From: an uncultured delta proteobacterium
GTDB taxonomy: Bacteria; Myxococcota_A; Polyangia; Polyangiales; B10-G4
NCBI GenBank assembly: GCA_963727445.1
Contig: CAVSGI010000027.1
Coordinates: 96,001 to 160,000 of the forward strand
DNA: 64,000 nucleotides
Reading direction: 5' to 3'
Shown here: one piece after another, positions 17,374 to 28,513 of the stretch
How positions within the stretch are numbered: the stretch's first letter is position 1
How the letters are laid out: each line of letters opens with the position of its first letter
Position numbers and translations under genes: made by a program
The notes under the pieces: model-generated
What the model saw: the letters and a program-made list of their open reading frames with translations, nothing else
Database searches by the model: none
What the model was told of the DNA's origin: nothing

Positions 17374-17913
17374 CTAGGCCGCCCGGACGTAGCCCTCGTC
17401 GAAGGCGTAGGCCTTCAAATCGTCCTGGAGCCGCTTACGGGCGCGATGCAGCCGGCTCATCACCGTGCCGATGGGGCAATCGAGGGCCTCGGCGGCCTCT
17501 TTGTAACTGAGCCCGCTGCCATCGACGAGGAGCACTACGCAGCGGAAATCCTCTGGAAGTCGGGCCAGCGCCGCCTCGACCTCGTCCGAGAGCCCATCGC
17601 GCGCCCGGCAATCGTCGTCGTGCACCCACTGGGGCTTCTTGACGACCTCGCTCCGCACCTGACCCAGCACCTCGCGCTCGCGCTTCTTGCGCCGATAGCC
17701 GTTGATGAAGGTGTTCATCAGGATGCGGTGGATCCACGCGCGTCCGTTGGTCCCGGCCTCGAAACGATCCCAGAACGCCCAGGCGCGCATGATCGCCTCC
17801 TGCACGAGGTCTTCGGCGTCGGTCTTGTCACGCGTCAGTCGGACCGCGGTCCCGTAGAGCTCGTCGAAGTGTTGGAGGATGGCGCGATCGAAGTCGTGGC
17901 GGATCTCTGTCAT
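17374..17913 (-). CDS. ECF sigma-70 factor (SigH/SigR-like)
   Basis: DAEDLVQEA, GTNGRAWIHRILMNTFIN, LSYKEAAEALDCPIGTVMSRLHRAR. Confidence 0.9.
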   Translation of the reverse strand: MTEIRHDFDRAILQHFDELYGTAVRLTRDKTDAEDLVQEAIMRAWAFWDRFEAGTNGRAWIHRILMNTFINGYRRKKREREVLGQVRSEVVKKPQWVHDDDCRARDGLSDEVEAALARLPEDFRCVVLLVDGSGLSYKEAAEALDCPIGTVMSRLHRARKRLQDDLKAYAFDEGYVRAA

Positions 17914-18052
17914 GGGCGGCTCTCCGGCCCGGAAGCTTTTGCAACCGCCGGACCACCCCGTTTCGACGCCCGAAGCCTGGTTGTTCTTGGGAAACGCAGG
18001 CACACAGCGTGGCGGCTTCGCCACGGTGTCCAATCTCAGCCACGCTGGCGTG

Positions 18053-19570
18053 TCAGTCTGTCAGCGTCTCCGCCAGGACGTGGGGGATGGCCCCCGCGAC
18101 CTCGGAAGCCAACAGGCCCCGATCGCTCGCGGCCGCCCATTGTCCAGCCAGGGCGTGGAGAAGCACCCCCGCCGAGGCCGCGTCGAAGGGCGACAAGCCC
18201 TGACTCAGGGACGCGGCGATGACGCCTGAGAGCACGTCCCCCGTCCCTCCGGTCGCGAGCGCGGGCGTGCCGAAGGGGCACACGCGCATGGCCCCGTCGG
18301 GCGACGCGATGACGGTCCCGGCGCCCTTGAGCACGACCACCGCTTGCGTGGCCTTCGCGAGATCGCGCGCCGTCGCATAACGATCGGCCTGCACCTCGCT
18401 GCTCGAAGCCCCGGTGAGGCGCGCCGCCTCTCCCGGGTGAGGCGTCAGCACGCGCGGCGCCGGCGCCCCCCCCAGGCTCTGATCGGCCTCCGAGGCGAGC
18501 GCGGTCAGCGCGTCCGCGTCCACGACCAGCGGCCGGGGGAGCGAACGGCAGAGCGACAGGGCGAAGCGGCGTCCATCGTCGTCGACGCCGAGACCCGGCC
18601 CCACCACCGCTGCATCGAAGGTGCGCGCCGCCGCGCGCGCTTCCTCGGCCGCGGCTTCCACGTCGCCCGGGAGCTCGGCGCTCATCAGCTCGAGCACCTT
18701 GCCCTGCACCGCTTCGAAAGCCGCCGCGCGCGGAGCGAGGGTGACGAGCCCCGCACCGGTGCGGAGCGCGCCGAGCCCGCTGAGCACCGCTGCGCCGCTC
18801 TTTCCCGGTGAGCCGGCGAAGATCCAGACCCGCCCTGCGCTCCCCTTGTGCGCGTCCACCGCGCGTCGCGCCACCAGCTCGGCGACGTCGCTCCGCTCGA
18901 GGAGCGACACGTCGCTCGCGCCCGGCGAAGGCGCCTCGACGCCAATCGACACCAGCGCGATCTCGCCCGCGTGTGCACGCCCGGGATGCTGGTGGAGACC
19001 GCGCTTGTGGGCGGCGAAGGTGGTCGTGAGCGCGGCGCGCACCGCGACCCCGAGGATGGCGCCGCTCGCGCCATGCACTCCGCTTGGGATGTCGAGGGCC
19101 ACCGCCGGCGCGCCCGAGCCGTTGATCGCCAGGGCCACCTCGGCGAAGCGACCCTCGAGCGGGCGATCGAGCCCGGTGCCGAAGAGCCCGTCGACGATCA
19201 GCGTGGCATCCGCGAGCAGGCGCGAGAGCTCGACGTCGTCCGCGGACTGGACCACCAGGCCCATCGCCTCGACCGCCGCGAGATTGGTCGCCGCGTCGCC
19301 GTGGACCTTGTCGCGCGGCCCCACCAGGACCGGGGTGACGAAGACGCCGCGAATGTGGAGGTGACGCGCCACCACCCAGGCGTCCCCCCCGTTCTGTCCC
19401 GGTCCGCCGAAGATCACGACGTGACCCAGGCGCTCGCCGAAACGCTCGAGCAGAGCGCGCGTCGCCCCACCTCCAGCGTTCTCCATGAGCGCCACGCTGG
19501 GCAGGCCGAGGACGTCGACGGCGCGCTGATCGATGGCGCGCACCTCATCGGGCGACAGCAGCGGGATCAC
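18053..19570 (-). CDS. nnr: Bifunctional NAD(P)H-hydrate epimerase/dehydratase
   Basis: [53 protein letters not shown]. Confidence 0.92.
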   Translation of the reverse strand: MIPLLSPDEVRAIDQRAVDVLGLPSVALMENAGGGATRALLERFGERLGHVVIFGGPGQNGGDAWVVARHLHIRGVFVTPVLVGPRDKVHGDAATNLAAVEAMGLVVQSADDVELSRLLADATLIVDGLFGTGLDRPLEGRFAEVALAINGSGAPAVALDIPSGVHGASGAILGVAVRAALTTTFAAHKRGLHQHPGRAHAGEIALVSIGVEAPSPGASDVSLLERSDVAELVARRAVDAHKGSAGRVWIFAGSPGKSGAAVLSGLGALRTGAGLVTLAPRAAAFEAVQGKVLELMSAELPGDVEAAAEEARAAARTFDAAVVGPGLGVDDDGRRFALSLCRSLPRPLVVDADALTALASEADQSLGGAPAPRVLTPHPGEAARLTGASSSEVQADRYATARDLAKATQAVVVLKGAGTVIASPDGAMRVCPFGTPALATGGTGDVLSGVIAASLSQGLSPFDAASAGVLLHALAGQWAAASDRGLLASEVAGAIPHVLAETLTD

Positions 19571-20322
19571 GCGTCGCCTCCTGTCCGCGCTTGCTCGCCC
19601 CGGCCAATCGCAGCGAGGAACGCGCGCACCGCGGCGTCGAGCCCCGAGAGCACCGCGTCCGAGACGAGCGCGTGGCCGATGTTGAGCTCCACCACCTGTT
19701 CGATGGCAGCCACCAGCGGCTCGGTGTTCGCGACCGTGAGCCCGTGTCCAGCGGCGACGGCCAGCTCCGAGGCTTCGGTCGCGGCGTAGCGCGCCGCTTC
19801 CACCAGGCGCGCGAGCTCGCGCGCCGCGGCCTCTCCCCCGGCGTTCGCGTAATCCCCGGTGTGAAGCTCGATGGCCTTCGCGCCGAGCTCGCGGGCGGCG
19901 GCGATCTGCGCCGGCTCGGGATCGATGAAGAGGCTCACCGGAATGCCGGCGTCGGACAGGCGCGCGATGGCGGCGCCCACGCCCTTGCGCTGGCCGACGA
20001 CGTCGAGGCCCCCCTCGGTCGTCTGCTCCTCGCGCTTTTCGGGCACCAGGGTGACGAGGTCCGGTGCGACACGGCTGGCGACGGCCACCATCTCGTCGGT
20101 CGCAGCCATCTCGAGGTTGAGCAGGGTGGTCACCGTCCCTCGAAGCGCCTCGACGTCGCGGTCCTGGATGTGCCGCCGGTCCTCGCGCAGGTGCACCGTG
20201 ATCCCGTGCGCGCCCGCCTTCTCGCAGAGCCGCGCAGCGTCCACCGGATCCGGATAGGGCGTGCCCCGCGCCTGCCGGAGGGTCGCCACGTGGTCGACGT
20301 TGACGTGCAGCCGAACCGTCAT
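19567..20322 (-). CDS. pdxJ: Pyridoxine 5'-phosphate synthase
   Basis: [47 protein letters not shown]. Confidence 0.96.
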   Translation of the reverse strand: MTVRLHVNVDHVATLRQARGTPYPDPVDAARLCEKAGAHGITVHLREDRRHIQDRDVEALRGTVTTLLNLEMAATDEMVAVASRVAPDLVTLVPEKREEQTTEGGLDVVGQRKGVGAAIARLSDAGIPVSLFIDPEPAQIAAARELGAKAIELHTGDYANAGGEAAARELARLVEAARYAATEASELAVAAGHGLTVANTEPLVAAIEQVVELNIGHALVSDAVLSGLDAAVRAFLAAIGRGEQARTGGDA

Positions 20323-20379
20323 GGCCCGGACGTTAACCCCAGCGCTCGCCGGAGTCGACCCGGGATCCGGGCCGCAACC

Positions 20380-21138
20380 TCAGACCTCGTAGGTCGCGCC
20401 GTCCACCGCCAAGGAGAGCTCCCCTTCGTAACCCGCGGCACGTACCTCGGCCTCGACATCGACCGCATCGCAGACGGGATAGAAGTGAGTGAGCACCAGA
20501 CGGGTGACGCCCGCTTCGGTCGCGAGGCGACCTGCGCTCGTGGTGTTGAGATGATGGTCCGACTCCCGCGACGCCGGATAACTGCATTCGGCGAGCACCA
20601 GATCGGCGCCCCGGAAGAGCGAGACGAGCGCGTCGCAGGGTCCGGAGTCTCCGCTGAACGCGAGCGTGCGGCCGCCGGAGGTGACGCGGACCCCGAGCGC
20701 TCCCTCGCTGTGCCGAACGTGGCGCGCCTCCACCTCGAAGGGGCCGAGGCTCCACGTACCGCCATCGCCCAGCTCGACCCGATCGTGCAATCCGGCGCGG
20801 TCGGCGACCATCGCGCCGTGCACGCCTTCGAGCCCATCGATCAGGGCGCGATGCCCGACGGGACCCGCGAGCGCGAGGCGCGTCTCGGGGGGCGGCTCGA
20901 TCACGTTGCGCAGGAAGAGCACGGCAGCCAGATCGCTGATGTGATCGAGATGATGATGGGTGCAGAGGATCCCGCGCACGTCACCGAGCGCGATCGCGTG
21001 GGCCGGCCAGCGCCGAGTCGATCCCGGCCCACACTCGAGGAGGAGCACGCTGCCGTCGTCGGCGATGCAGGCGTATCCGCTCGCCCCACGCTCCGGGTGG
21101 GGAATCGTAGTGCCGCTACCCAGGATGGCGAGCTTCAA
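20380..21138 (-). CDS. Ribonuclease Z-like MBL-fold metallohydrolase
   Basis: ILGSGT, THHHLDH, FSGDSG, HL...AG, LVLTHFYP; TTG start overlaps upstream stop. Confidence 0.8.
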   Translation of the reverse strand: MKLAILGSGTTIPHPERGASGYACIADDGSVLLLECGPGSTRRWPAHAIALGDVRGILCTHHHLDHISDLAAVLFLRNVIEPPPETRLALAGPVGHRALIDGLEGVHGAMVADRAGLHDRVELGDGGTWSLGPFEVEARHVRHSEGALGVRVTSGGRTLAFSGDSGPCDALVSLFRGADLVLAECSYPASRESDHHLNTTSAGRLATEAGVTRLVLTHFYPVCDAVDVEAEVRAAGYEGELSLAVDGATYEV

Positions 21139-21443
21139 ACGTACTCGCCCCCGACCTTCACCAGCGTGTGATGGTCGTGCGTGCGACCGAGGACGACGTC
21201 GACGGTGTCGGCGCTGCAGGCCAGCTCCCAGGTCAGCATCTTTCCGACGAGCTTCACCAGATCCGCGTCCGACACCAGAGGGATGCGGTCCTGAAGGCGC
21301 ACCCCCCACTGGCTCGGCGCTCGGAAGACCTCCGCCCAGGCGATCACCTCGCCCGACGCCGCCACCAGCTCCCACACCTCGGCCCCGGCTCGTTGAGTGG
21401 AAGCCGAGCGCCGAAAGGTGACCTGTTCCAGCTCCGGGCTCAC
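21135..21443 (-). CDS. Small hypothetical protein (about 102 aa)
   Basis: GTG start overlaps prkA TGA and its stop overlaps the next start; VSPELEQVTF...VKVGGEYV has natural composition. Confidence 0.6.
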   Translation of the reverse strand: MSPELEQVTFRRSASTQRAGAEVWELVAASGEVIAWAEVFRAPSQWGVRLQDRIPLVSDADLVKLVGKMLTWELACSADTVDVVLGRTHDHHTLVKVGGEYV

Positions 21444-23683
21444 TCCTCGTAGCGCTCCTGGAGCAGCTCGCCCAGAGCTTCTCGCGCGCTCTCTTCGTTG
21501 TAGCCGTAGCGAGCCACGAGGGCTGCGAGCGTGGCCTCGGCGGCTTTGCGCCGCTCGGGCTCGAGCCCGGCCTTCCGGTCGTCCTCTTCGTCGATGATCG
21601 CGAGGACGTCCTTGGCGATGGCGCCGACCTGCTTCTTTCGCTCGCCGTAGTACGCCTCGCGCAGCTTCTGGATGTAGGAGGGGAAGAGCCGCTGGTAGTC
21701 GACCTTGGCGCCCGGGTTGTCGATGGCGTGACCGGCGACCGCGCTGATCAGGTTCTTGCGGAAGCCCTCGTTGTCGGCGTCGACGCCGAGCTTGTCCTCG
21801 ATGGACTTCATCAGGTCCTCGTCGGGATCGACGTGCCTGCCGGTGTGGGTGTCGTAGACCTTCTCCTTCTTCACCCAATAGGAGACGTGGGTCACATAGC
21901 GGTTGAAGAGGTCCTGATACTGCGTCTCCTCGATCAGTCCGGTGCAGGAGCGCAGCTCGTCGTCGGCGCGATCGAGCCATCGGCCGTGCACCTGTTCCAC
22001 GAACTCCTTGTGGTCCATGTACCCCCGCTCGGGGCTCTGCTTCAGGAAGTCGTAATCGGTTCGCGCGCAGAACGCCTCGAGACGATCGATCACGCCGAGG
22101 GGTGAGAGGATCTTGCGGTCGGGATCGTCCGCCGCTTCGAGGAGGATGGTGCGGATCTCCCGCGGCGATGCGCCGGTGAGCCCTTCGTAGACCGACTCCG
22201 TGTCCCACTCGGAGACGATGCGGCGAACGCCGCTCCCGAGCTCGCGGGATTCCTCCGAGGAGAGCCGCCGCGGGATGGTCCCGTGCGCGTAGAGGTCCGC
22301 CTTCTCCAGCGGGGTCAGATCCGCCGCGATGCGCCCGAGGGTGGAGCTCTCGAAATGCTCGGGCTGTGAGCGCCTGAGCCGGGTGAGCACCGACCAGAGG
22401 GCGGCCACGTAGATCGCGTGGGGCGCGACGTGACGCCGCACCTGCGGCTTGATCTGGGCGTCGTAGATCTCCTGCTCGTCGACGTAGCTCAGGAGGTAGG
22501 GCACACGCACCGGCTGGAGCCGACCGCGGAAGGAGTTGTACTCGTGGTGCTCGCGGAAGGCGTGCAGGTGCACCTCGTTCGAGCTGGCGACGAGCACCGC
22601 GTTGAGCGGCAGGTTGCTCATCGGGAGCGCGACCTCGCCGTCCTCGATGGCGAGCAGGAGGTACCTCCAGGCGTCGAGTGGGCGCTTGAGCAGGTCGCAG
22701 TACTCGACGATGCCGCCGGAGGCGTCCACGAGCTCGCCGTACGGGCTCGAAGAGCGTGAGGGAGCTGAGGCTCGCGGGCAGCGCGTTCAGCGTACGGTCG
22801 GCCGTGATCTGACGCTCGTACGCGTCCACCGCCATCTCGCGGGCCGATGGTGACCGCGCCGACGCGGTAGCGCCGCGAGACGTAGTAGCGCTCCACCTGC
22901 ACGTGGGCGAGGACCTTGCCGAGGTCGCCGCGATAGGCGGTCAGGAGCGCCTCGAAGATCTGCTGGTTCTTGTGGCCGAGCTGGCCATTCCGAGATCCAG
23001 TCGGGCACACCCTCGTCGACGCCGCCCTTCTCGTATGCCTCGCGCACCATGAGGCGGCGCTCGTCACGGGGCAGGAGCAGGAGCGGATGCTCGCGCAGCT
23101 CGCTCGGGAGCTTCACGTCGATGTTGGCGTCCGGCAGGTGCGCGAAGGAGCGTCCGGGCACCGGCACCTCGTCGCTCGAGCCGAAGCCGATGGTCTTGCC
23201 GTCTCGGCCGCGGGGAAACACCCAGCTGAAGCGATAGAGCGCGCCCTCGTCGAGGGTCGAGTAGTGCTCGAGCGCCGCCATCAGGCTGTGGACGAAGGTG
23301 GTCTTCGCGCTGCCGTTAGGCCCGTGAAGGAGCACCAGCCTGTTGGCGCGCCCTTCGCGGACGAAGTTCGACAGCACCCGATAGAAGCTCTCCTGCAGCG
23401 CTTCCTGACCCACGAGGCGATCCGAGCGCTCGCGCTCGAAGGACTCGGCGAAGACCTGGTCGAAGAGGCGGTAGCGACGCACCGGCCCCCAGGGCCGCTG
23501 CACCGCGTAGTGGCCATAGTGATCGAACGCGCCTCGCAGGTAGCGCGCCGCGTCGCGGGTGTGGCGGCCGGGATGTTCGAGGACGAGGTCCAGATACTCC
23601 TCGAAGCCCAGGACGCGCTTCTGTGCCTCGAAGCGCCCTTGGACCGCATCGGCGATGCGGGTGAGGTCGTCGCGAACCGTCAC
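21440..23683 (-). CDS. prkA: PrkA/YeaG-family AAA+ serine protein kinase (split by about 3 indels)
   Basis: LHGPNGSAKT Walker A, LVGQE, EYCDLLKRP, NSFRGRL, GASPRE across fragments 22787-23785, 22618-23067 and 21440-22729. Confidence 0.85.
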
Positions 23684-23684
23684 C

Positions 23685-24221
23685 TCACTGCACCGGGAGG
23701 TTGACCGCCAGGGTTCGCTCTTCCGGAATGCAGTTCTCGTCGGTGCAGACCGCGAAGGACACGTCGCAGACCACCGTGTACTCACCGGCCGCCGACGCGG
23801 TGAAGGGGACGTCGAAGCGCGCGCTCTGTCGCTCCCACTCGGCGGCGTCGCCCTTCTCGAGCTCGCTCTTCGGGAACTCCACGTTCTCGACCTGTCGCAC
23901 CGTGACCATCGTCGGGTACTCGTCGTTCATGTGGAACTCGCCCTTGGGGCGGATCTGAATCGCGAACTGACCGAGCTCCCCGTTGGTGTAGCTCTCGGCC
24001 GCGGTCGCGCGGAGCTCGAAGTTCGCTTCGTCGACGAGGGGACCCGGCGCCTCTTCTTCGGCCTCGGGCGGCGCCTCCTGCTCGGTTTCGGCGACCTCGG
24101 GGGTCTGTGCGGGCTGCTCCGTCTCCGGCGCGGCGGTCGTCTCTCCCTCTCCGTCGTCGTCACAACCCCCGAGCAGACTGAGGGCGAAGAGCGCGGCCAT
24201 GAGCGTGCGGAACGATGTCAT
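23685..24221 (-). CDS. Lipoprotein with DsbD-N-like Ig domain
   Basis: LLGGC lipobox; I.PKGEFHMNDEYP and FAVCTDENCIP (CxxxxC) resemble the DsbD N-terminal domain. Confidence 0.65.
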   Translation of the reverse strand: MTSFRTLMAALFALSLLGGCDDDGEGETTAAPETEQPAQTPEVAETEQEAPPEAEEEAPGPLVDEANFELRATAAESYTNGELGQFAIQIRPKGEFHMNDEYPTMVTVRQVENVEFPKSELEKGDAAEWERQSARFDVPFTASAAGEYTVVCDVSFAVCTDENCIPEERTLAVNLPVQ

Positions 24222-24343
24222 CTGAGTCCTCCGGGCAGAACCATCGCAGGCGCCACGAGGATTCGAAACGACAAAACGCGACGCCTTTGGTGCAGGGCCC
24301 CTGGCCCCGCCGTCGTGTATGGTCCTCTCGATGTGGCGTTTCG

Positions 24344-24731
24344 GCAATTGAAGAGAAGCGGCGACGAAGCGGAGCGCCCCCGGCGCTCGGGCTCTGCCCG
24401 AGCAAAGGGCGCGCGCAGCGTAGGCGCCGCGGGAGTGCTCCGCAATTGAAGAGAAGCGGCGACGAAGCGGAGCGCCCCCGGCGCTCGGGCTCTGCCCGAG
24501 CAAAGGGCGCGCGCAGCGTAGGCGCCGCGGGAGTGCTCCGCAATTGAAGAGAAGCGGCGACGAAGCGGAGCGCCCCCGGCGCTCGGGCTCTGCCCGAGCA
24601 AAGGGCGCGCGCAGCGTAGGCGCCGCGGGAGTGCTCCGCAATTGAAGAGAAGCGGCGACGAAGCGGAGCGCCCCCGGCGCTCGGGCTCTGCCCGAGCAAA
24701 GGGCGCGCGCAGCGTAGGCGCCGCGGGAGTG
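24344..24731. repeat. Perfect tandem array, 98-bp unit x about 3.96
   Basis: CAATTG recurs at 24345, 24443, 24541 and 24639; units identical by eye. Confidence 0.97.
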
Positions 24732-25392
24732 ATTGCCCTGATAGCCGGGTTGCTCTGGCCCGCGGCGGGTTGCGGGGCCCCCCTGCCTTGCACGTCGAGC
24801 GCCCTGTGCTCCCGAGGGGAGGTCTGCAGCGCCGCCGGCGCCTGCGCGCCCCTCGACCCGAACGCCGGACGCTTCTCGCGCTCCATTTGGCTCTCGCCGA
24901 GCGACTGGGGCGGCACCGCGCGGCGGAGGGCGGGAGAGGCGGCGCGGACGCGGGACACGGATCTGCTCCTGCTCGGCGGCCCCCGAGATTCGGGAGTTCC
25001 ACCTGGCCTTCGGCCCACTCCCCGACGACGGCACCATCTCCAAGGCCGTTCTGGTGCTGGCGCCTCATCAGACCTGGACCCCGCCGGCGGAAGGCGCCGA
25101 CCTCTCGGTGTTCATGACGCGCCCCTTCCGCGGCGTCCGGCTCGATCGCCGCGACGCACCGCGTCGTGCACCCTTCCCCGACGCACGGGCGGCCCTCGCG
25201 CCAGGAGCCACCCACGTGCTTCGCGTGGATCTCACGGACGAGGTAGCCGCTCGACGTACACGTGGCGCCACGTGGGTCTTCGTGGCGATCGCCGGTGCCG
25301 GGCGCGGATCCGACGCTCCCGCCCTGCGTTTTGCGTCCCCACGGAGCCTCCGCGCCGAAGATCGGCCCCGGCTCGAGCTGAACGTGCGCTGA
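24642..25392 (+). CDS. Lipoprotein with short Cys-rich segment and DNRLRE-like domain (frameshift near 24980-24984)
   Basis: LLWPAAGC lipobox; removing one C from the C5 run gives EFHLAFGPLPDDGTISKAVLVL...FASPRS...RPRLELNVR*; start uncertain, lies in last repeat unit. Confidence 0.55.
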
Positions 25393-25456
25393 TCGCTCGA
25401 TCGACCGCCACTCCCCTTGCAAAAATAGGCGAATTTGCCGCACTCTAGGGTGCCCC

Positions 25457-26788
25457 ATGCGTCGGACGAAGCGGCTCGGGCGCTACCATCTCACGGAGCG
25501 CATCGCCTACGGCGGAATGGCCGAAATCTTCCGGGGTTTCACCTACGACGATGACGGCTTCCGCCGCGACGTCGCGATCAAGAAGCTGCTGCCTCACTAC
25601 GTCGAGGACAAGAGCTTCATCGACATGCTCACCGACGAGTTCAAGCTCGTCAGCCATCTCAAGCATCCCAACATCGCAGAGGTCTACGAGCTCACCGAGA
25701 TCGAGGACACCCTCCTCATCGCGATGGAGTACGTCGACGGCAAGGACCTTCGCTCCGCGGTGGAGAAGGCGCGCCAGCGCGGCGTGAGCCTGCAGTTCGA
25801 CGACATCGCCTACATCCTCGCGCGCGCCCTCGACGGAATGCACCACGCCCACGTCGCCCGGGACGAGCACAATCAACCGCTGCGCATCGTCCACCGCGAC
25901 TTCAGCCCTTCGAACATTCTCGTCGCCTACGACGGCACCGTGAAGATCTGTGACTTCGGCATCGCGAAGGCGACGCACAACCGCGTGCAGACGAAGACAG
26001 GCATCATCAAGGGCAAGGTCAAGTACATGTCGCCGGAGCAGGCCTTCGGCCGCAAGCTCGACTGGCGCAGCGACATCTTCAGCGCGGGCAGCGTGCTCTA
26101 CGAGCTCGCGACCGGCGCCGCGCCCTTCAGCGCCGCCAACGAGATCGACCTGATCTTCGCCGTGCGCGACGCGGAGCCCAAGCCGGCCGGGCACGTCAAT
26201 CGCCACATCCCTCCCGAGCTCCAGCAGATCATCGAGAAGTCGATGACCCGCTCGCGCTCCGGGCGCTATCAGACGTCGATGGAGTTCCGCGACGCCCTGC
26301 TCGGCTTCTTGCGTCGCTACAACCCCAAGTACCGCCGCACCAAGCTGGCGCGCTTCCTGAAGAAGCTCTGGGCCGAAGAGATCGAAAAGGAGCTCCGCGC
26401 GATGGAGGACTTCGTCCTCGACGCATCGCCGGCGCAGGACCTCGGCAAGAACCTCATCGCCGACGCACTCGGTCCGGACGCCACCTACTCGAAGTTCAGC
26501 CCGAATCCGACGAGCACCGTCGACCCCGACCGCGCCGTCTCCGGCATCAGCGGCATCGAGTCGGAACAGACCATCGACGACCCGGTGCACGCCGCCAAGA
26601 CCGAGATGATCGCCAGCCCTCAAGCCGACAAGCGTCGCGCGACCCAGCCGGTGCGCCAGGCGCGTGGCAAGCGCTCGGTCGACCCCATCCACAACGAGAA
26701 GACGGCGCTCACCGACACCAGCGAGGATCTCGCCGGCGAGAAGACCACCGTCGAGACACCGCCCAAGGGCCACTCCGTCAACGAGTGA
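25457..26788 (+). CDS. Cytoplasmic Hanks-type Ser/Thr protein kinase
   Basis: GGMAEIF, VAIKK, HRDFSPSN, DFGIAK, YMSPE; no TM segment. Confidence 0.93.
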   Translation: MRRTKRLGRYHLTERIAYGGMAEIFRGFTYDDDGFRRDVAIKKLLPHYVEDKSFIDMLTDEFKLVSHLKHPNIAEVYELTEIEDTLLIAMEYVDGKDLRSAVEKARQRGVSLQFDDIAYILARALDGMHHAHVARDEHNQPLRIVHRDFSPSNILVAYDGTVKICDFGIAKATHNRVQTKTGIIKGKVKYMSPEQAFGRKLDWRSDIFSAGSVLYELATGAAPFSAANEIDLIFAVRDAEPKPAGHVNRHIPPELQQIIEKSMTRSRSGRYQTSMEFRDALLGFLRRYNPKYRRTKLARFLKKLWAEEIEKELRAMEDFVLDASPAQDLGKNLIADALGPDATYSKFSPNPTSTVDPDRAVSGISGIESEQTIDDPVHAAKTEMIASPQADKRRATQPVRQARGKRSVDPIHNEKTALTDTSEDLAGEKTTVETPPKGHSVNE

Positions 26789-26821
26789 TCCAGAGCGCCG
26801 AAGCGCGCGCGGCTCTCGGCT

Positions 26822-27410
26822 CTACTCTTCGTCCGCTTCGTGAATGACCGTGGTCGTACGCTGGTTGCGCTGACGCGGGACCTCACGGCGCCGCTCGAGG
26901 AGATACTCGACCCGGCTGAGCACGGGCTGGGACGCGGGGGCGAGGTGCCAGTGCGGAAGGACGCTTCCGTCCTCGGCCTGGTACCACTTCAAGAAAGCGA
27001 TCAGCTCCGTGTCGAGGATCTGCCGGCTGTTGCCTTCGACGGTGCTGAAGCCCTCTTCGTTCTGGCTCACCTTGAGCTCGATCTCGTCGGGGACCTCGCC
27101 CAACAGGGTCCGGCTCGGCTCGGCGATGAGCCTCAGGGTGGTCTGGCGATTCGGATCGGTATCGGTGCGGACGGTCTGGATGGAGACCACCGCGATCACA
27201 TCGGACCAGCTCACCCGCTGGTCGAGCTCGCGGGACCAATCCTCACGCCAGCGCCCTTCGAGGCCTTCCGGATCGGCGACCAGAATCGATCCCGTCCTCG
27301 AACACCGCTGCATGTTCGGCGGTGAAGGGGGTGACCTGGACTTCCACTTCCTGGGCGCCGCCCCCGCAGGAGGCCATCACGACGAGCAGCGACGAAAACG
27401 AGAGGCGCAT
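26822..27410 (-). CDS. Hypothetical lipoprotein (frameshift near 27283)
   Basis: MRLSFSSLLVVMASC lipobox joins the ORF at 26822-27313 after a 1-nt correction (…FEDGIDLVADP…). Confidence 0.6.
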
Positions 27411-27479
27411 GGGACCGCGCACCTTAGCCTCCGGGGGAGGCCGTGTCGATCGCCTCCGAGAACGCTGGAGGGGACCCCA

Positions 27480-28451
27480 CTACGATCCCGCCGACAACGA
27501 CGCCCAGAGCTTCTCGAGATCGGAGGAAAGCGGCGCGCGCACCGTGAAAGGCTCGTCCTTCAGCGGATGGGTCAGCGTGACCTGGTGGGCGTGGAGGGCC
27601 TGCCGGTCGTGCCCAAGCCGCGAGAGGAGGGCCTCGGTCATCCCGGTGTCGATGAAGTCGAGGAAGGGCTGCTCGCGCTCCGGCCCGTAGAGCTTGTCAC
27701 CGACGATGGGGTGGCCGATCTCCGAAAGGTGAACCCGCAGCTGATGCTGGCGACCGGTCTCCGGATGTAGCGACAAGAGCGTGTGCTTCGCCGCCCGCTC
27801 GAGCACGGTCCAGGCGGTGCGCGCCGGCGGGCCGCCCGGACGCACCTCCATCATCACGTGAAGCCCCTCCTCTACCGGCGCGAGGGGCAGCTCGATCCGC
27901 CCCTCGTCCTCCGCCATCACCCCGCGCACGATCGCCAGATAGGTCTTGTCGACCGCGCGATCCTCGAAGGCCCGCTTGAGCCCCCGCTCCGCGTCCAGAT
28001 GCTTGCCGCAGATCACCACCCCGCTCGTCTCGCGATCGAGGCGATGCGCGATGTGCGGTGGGCTGTCGCCGTAGCGCTCCCTGAGCAGGTAGGTGAGCGT
28101 GTGCCGATGGTAAGTGGCCGTCGGGTGCATCGGCAGCCCCGCCGGCTTGTCGACCCCGAGGACGTCCTCGTCCTCGAAGACGACCCCGAAATAGAGCGGC
28201 GTCGGTGGCTCCTCGAACTTGGGGCGCACCAGGATCACCGTCTCGCCCGTACGGGTTCGCTCGCTCGGGCGGCGCTTCCGACCGTCCGGATGGAAGCAGC
28301 ACGAGCGCACGATCTCGTTCGCGCGGGTGCGGGAGAGCCGGGAGATGCGGTTCTGGATGAAGCGATCGAGGCGCAGCCCGACGAGCTCCCGCGGGACCGG
28401 GAAGGTCAGCACGATCCCGTCGGGATCAGAGCCCGGCGGACGCGCGACCAC
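27480..28451 (-). CDS. RluA/RluD-family pseudouridine synthase
   Basis: RLDRF S4-like region, DKPAGLPMHP, HRLDRETSG, TGRQHQLRVH, GDKLYG, ALHA. Confidence 0.93.
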   Translation of the reverse strand: MVARPPGSDPDGIVLTFPVPRELVGLRLDRFIQNRISRLSRTRANEIVRSCCFHPDGRKRRPSERTRTGETVILVRPKFEEPPTPLYFGVVFEDEDVLGVDKPAGLPMHPTATYHRHTLTYLLRERYGDSPPHIAHRLDRETSGVVICGKHLDAERGLKRAFEDRAVDKTYLAIVRGVMAEDEGRIELPLAPVEEGLHVMMEVRPGGPPARTAWTVLERAAKHTLLSLHPETGRQHQLRVHLSEIGHPIVGDKLYGPEREQPFLDFIDTGMTEALLSRLGHDRQALHAHQVTLTHPLKDEPFTVRAPLSSDLEKLWASLSAGS

Positions 28452-28513
28452 CGAATCTAGCGAAGCCGTTTGGATGCGTCAGCCGCCGAGCGGGCGTGAC
28501 CGAGCAGCATCGA

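Noticed and set aside
24344..24731. CRISPR array or coding repeat
   Set aside because: Units are identical end to end with no unique spacers, and the period of 98 is not a multiple of 3
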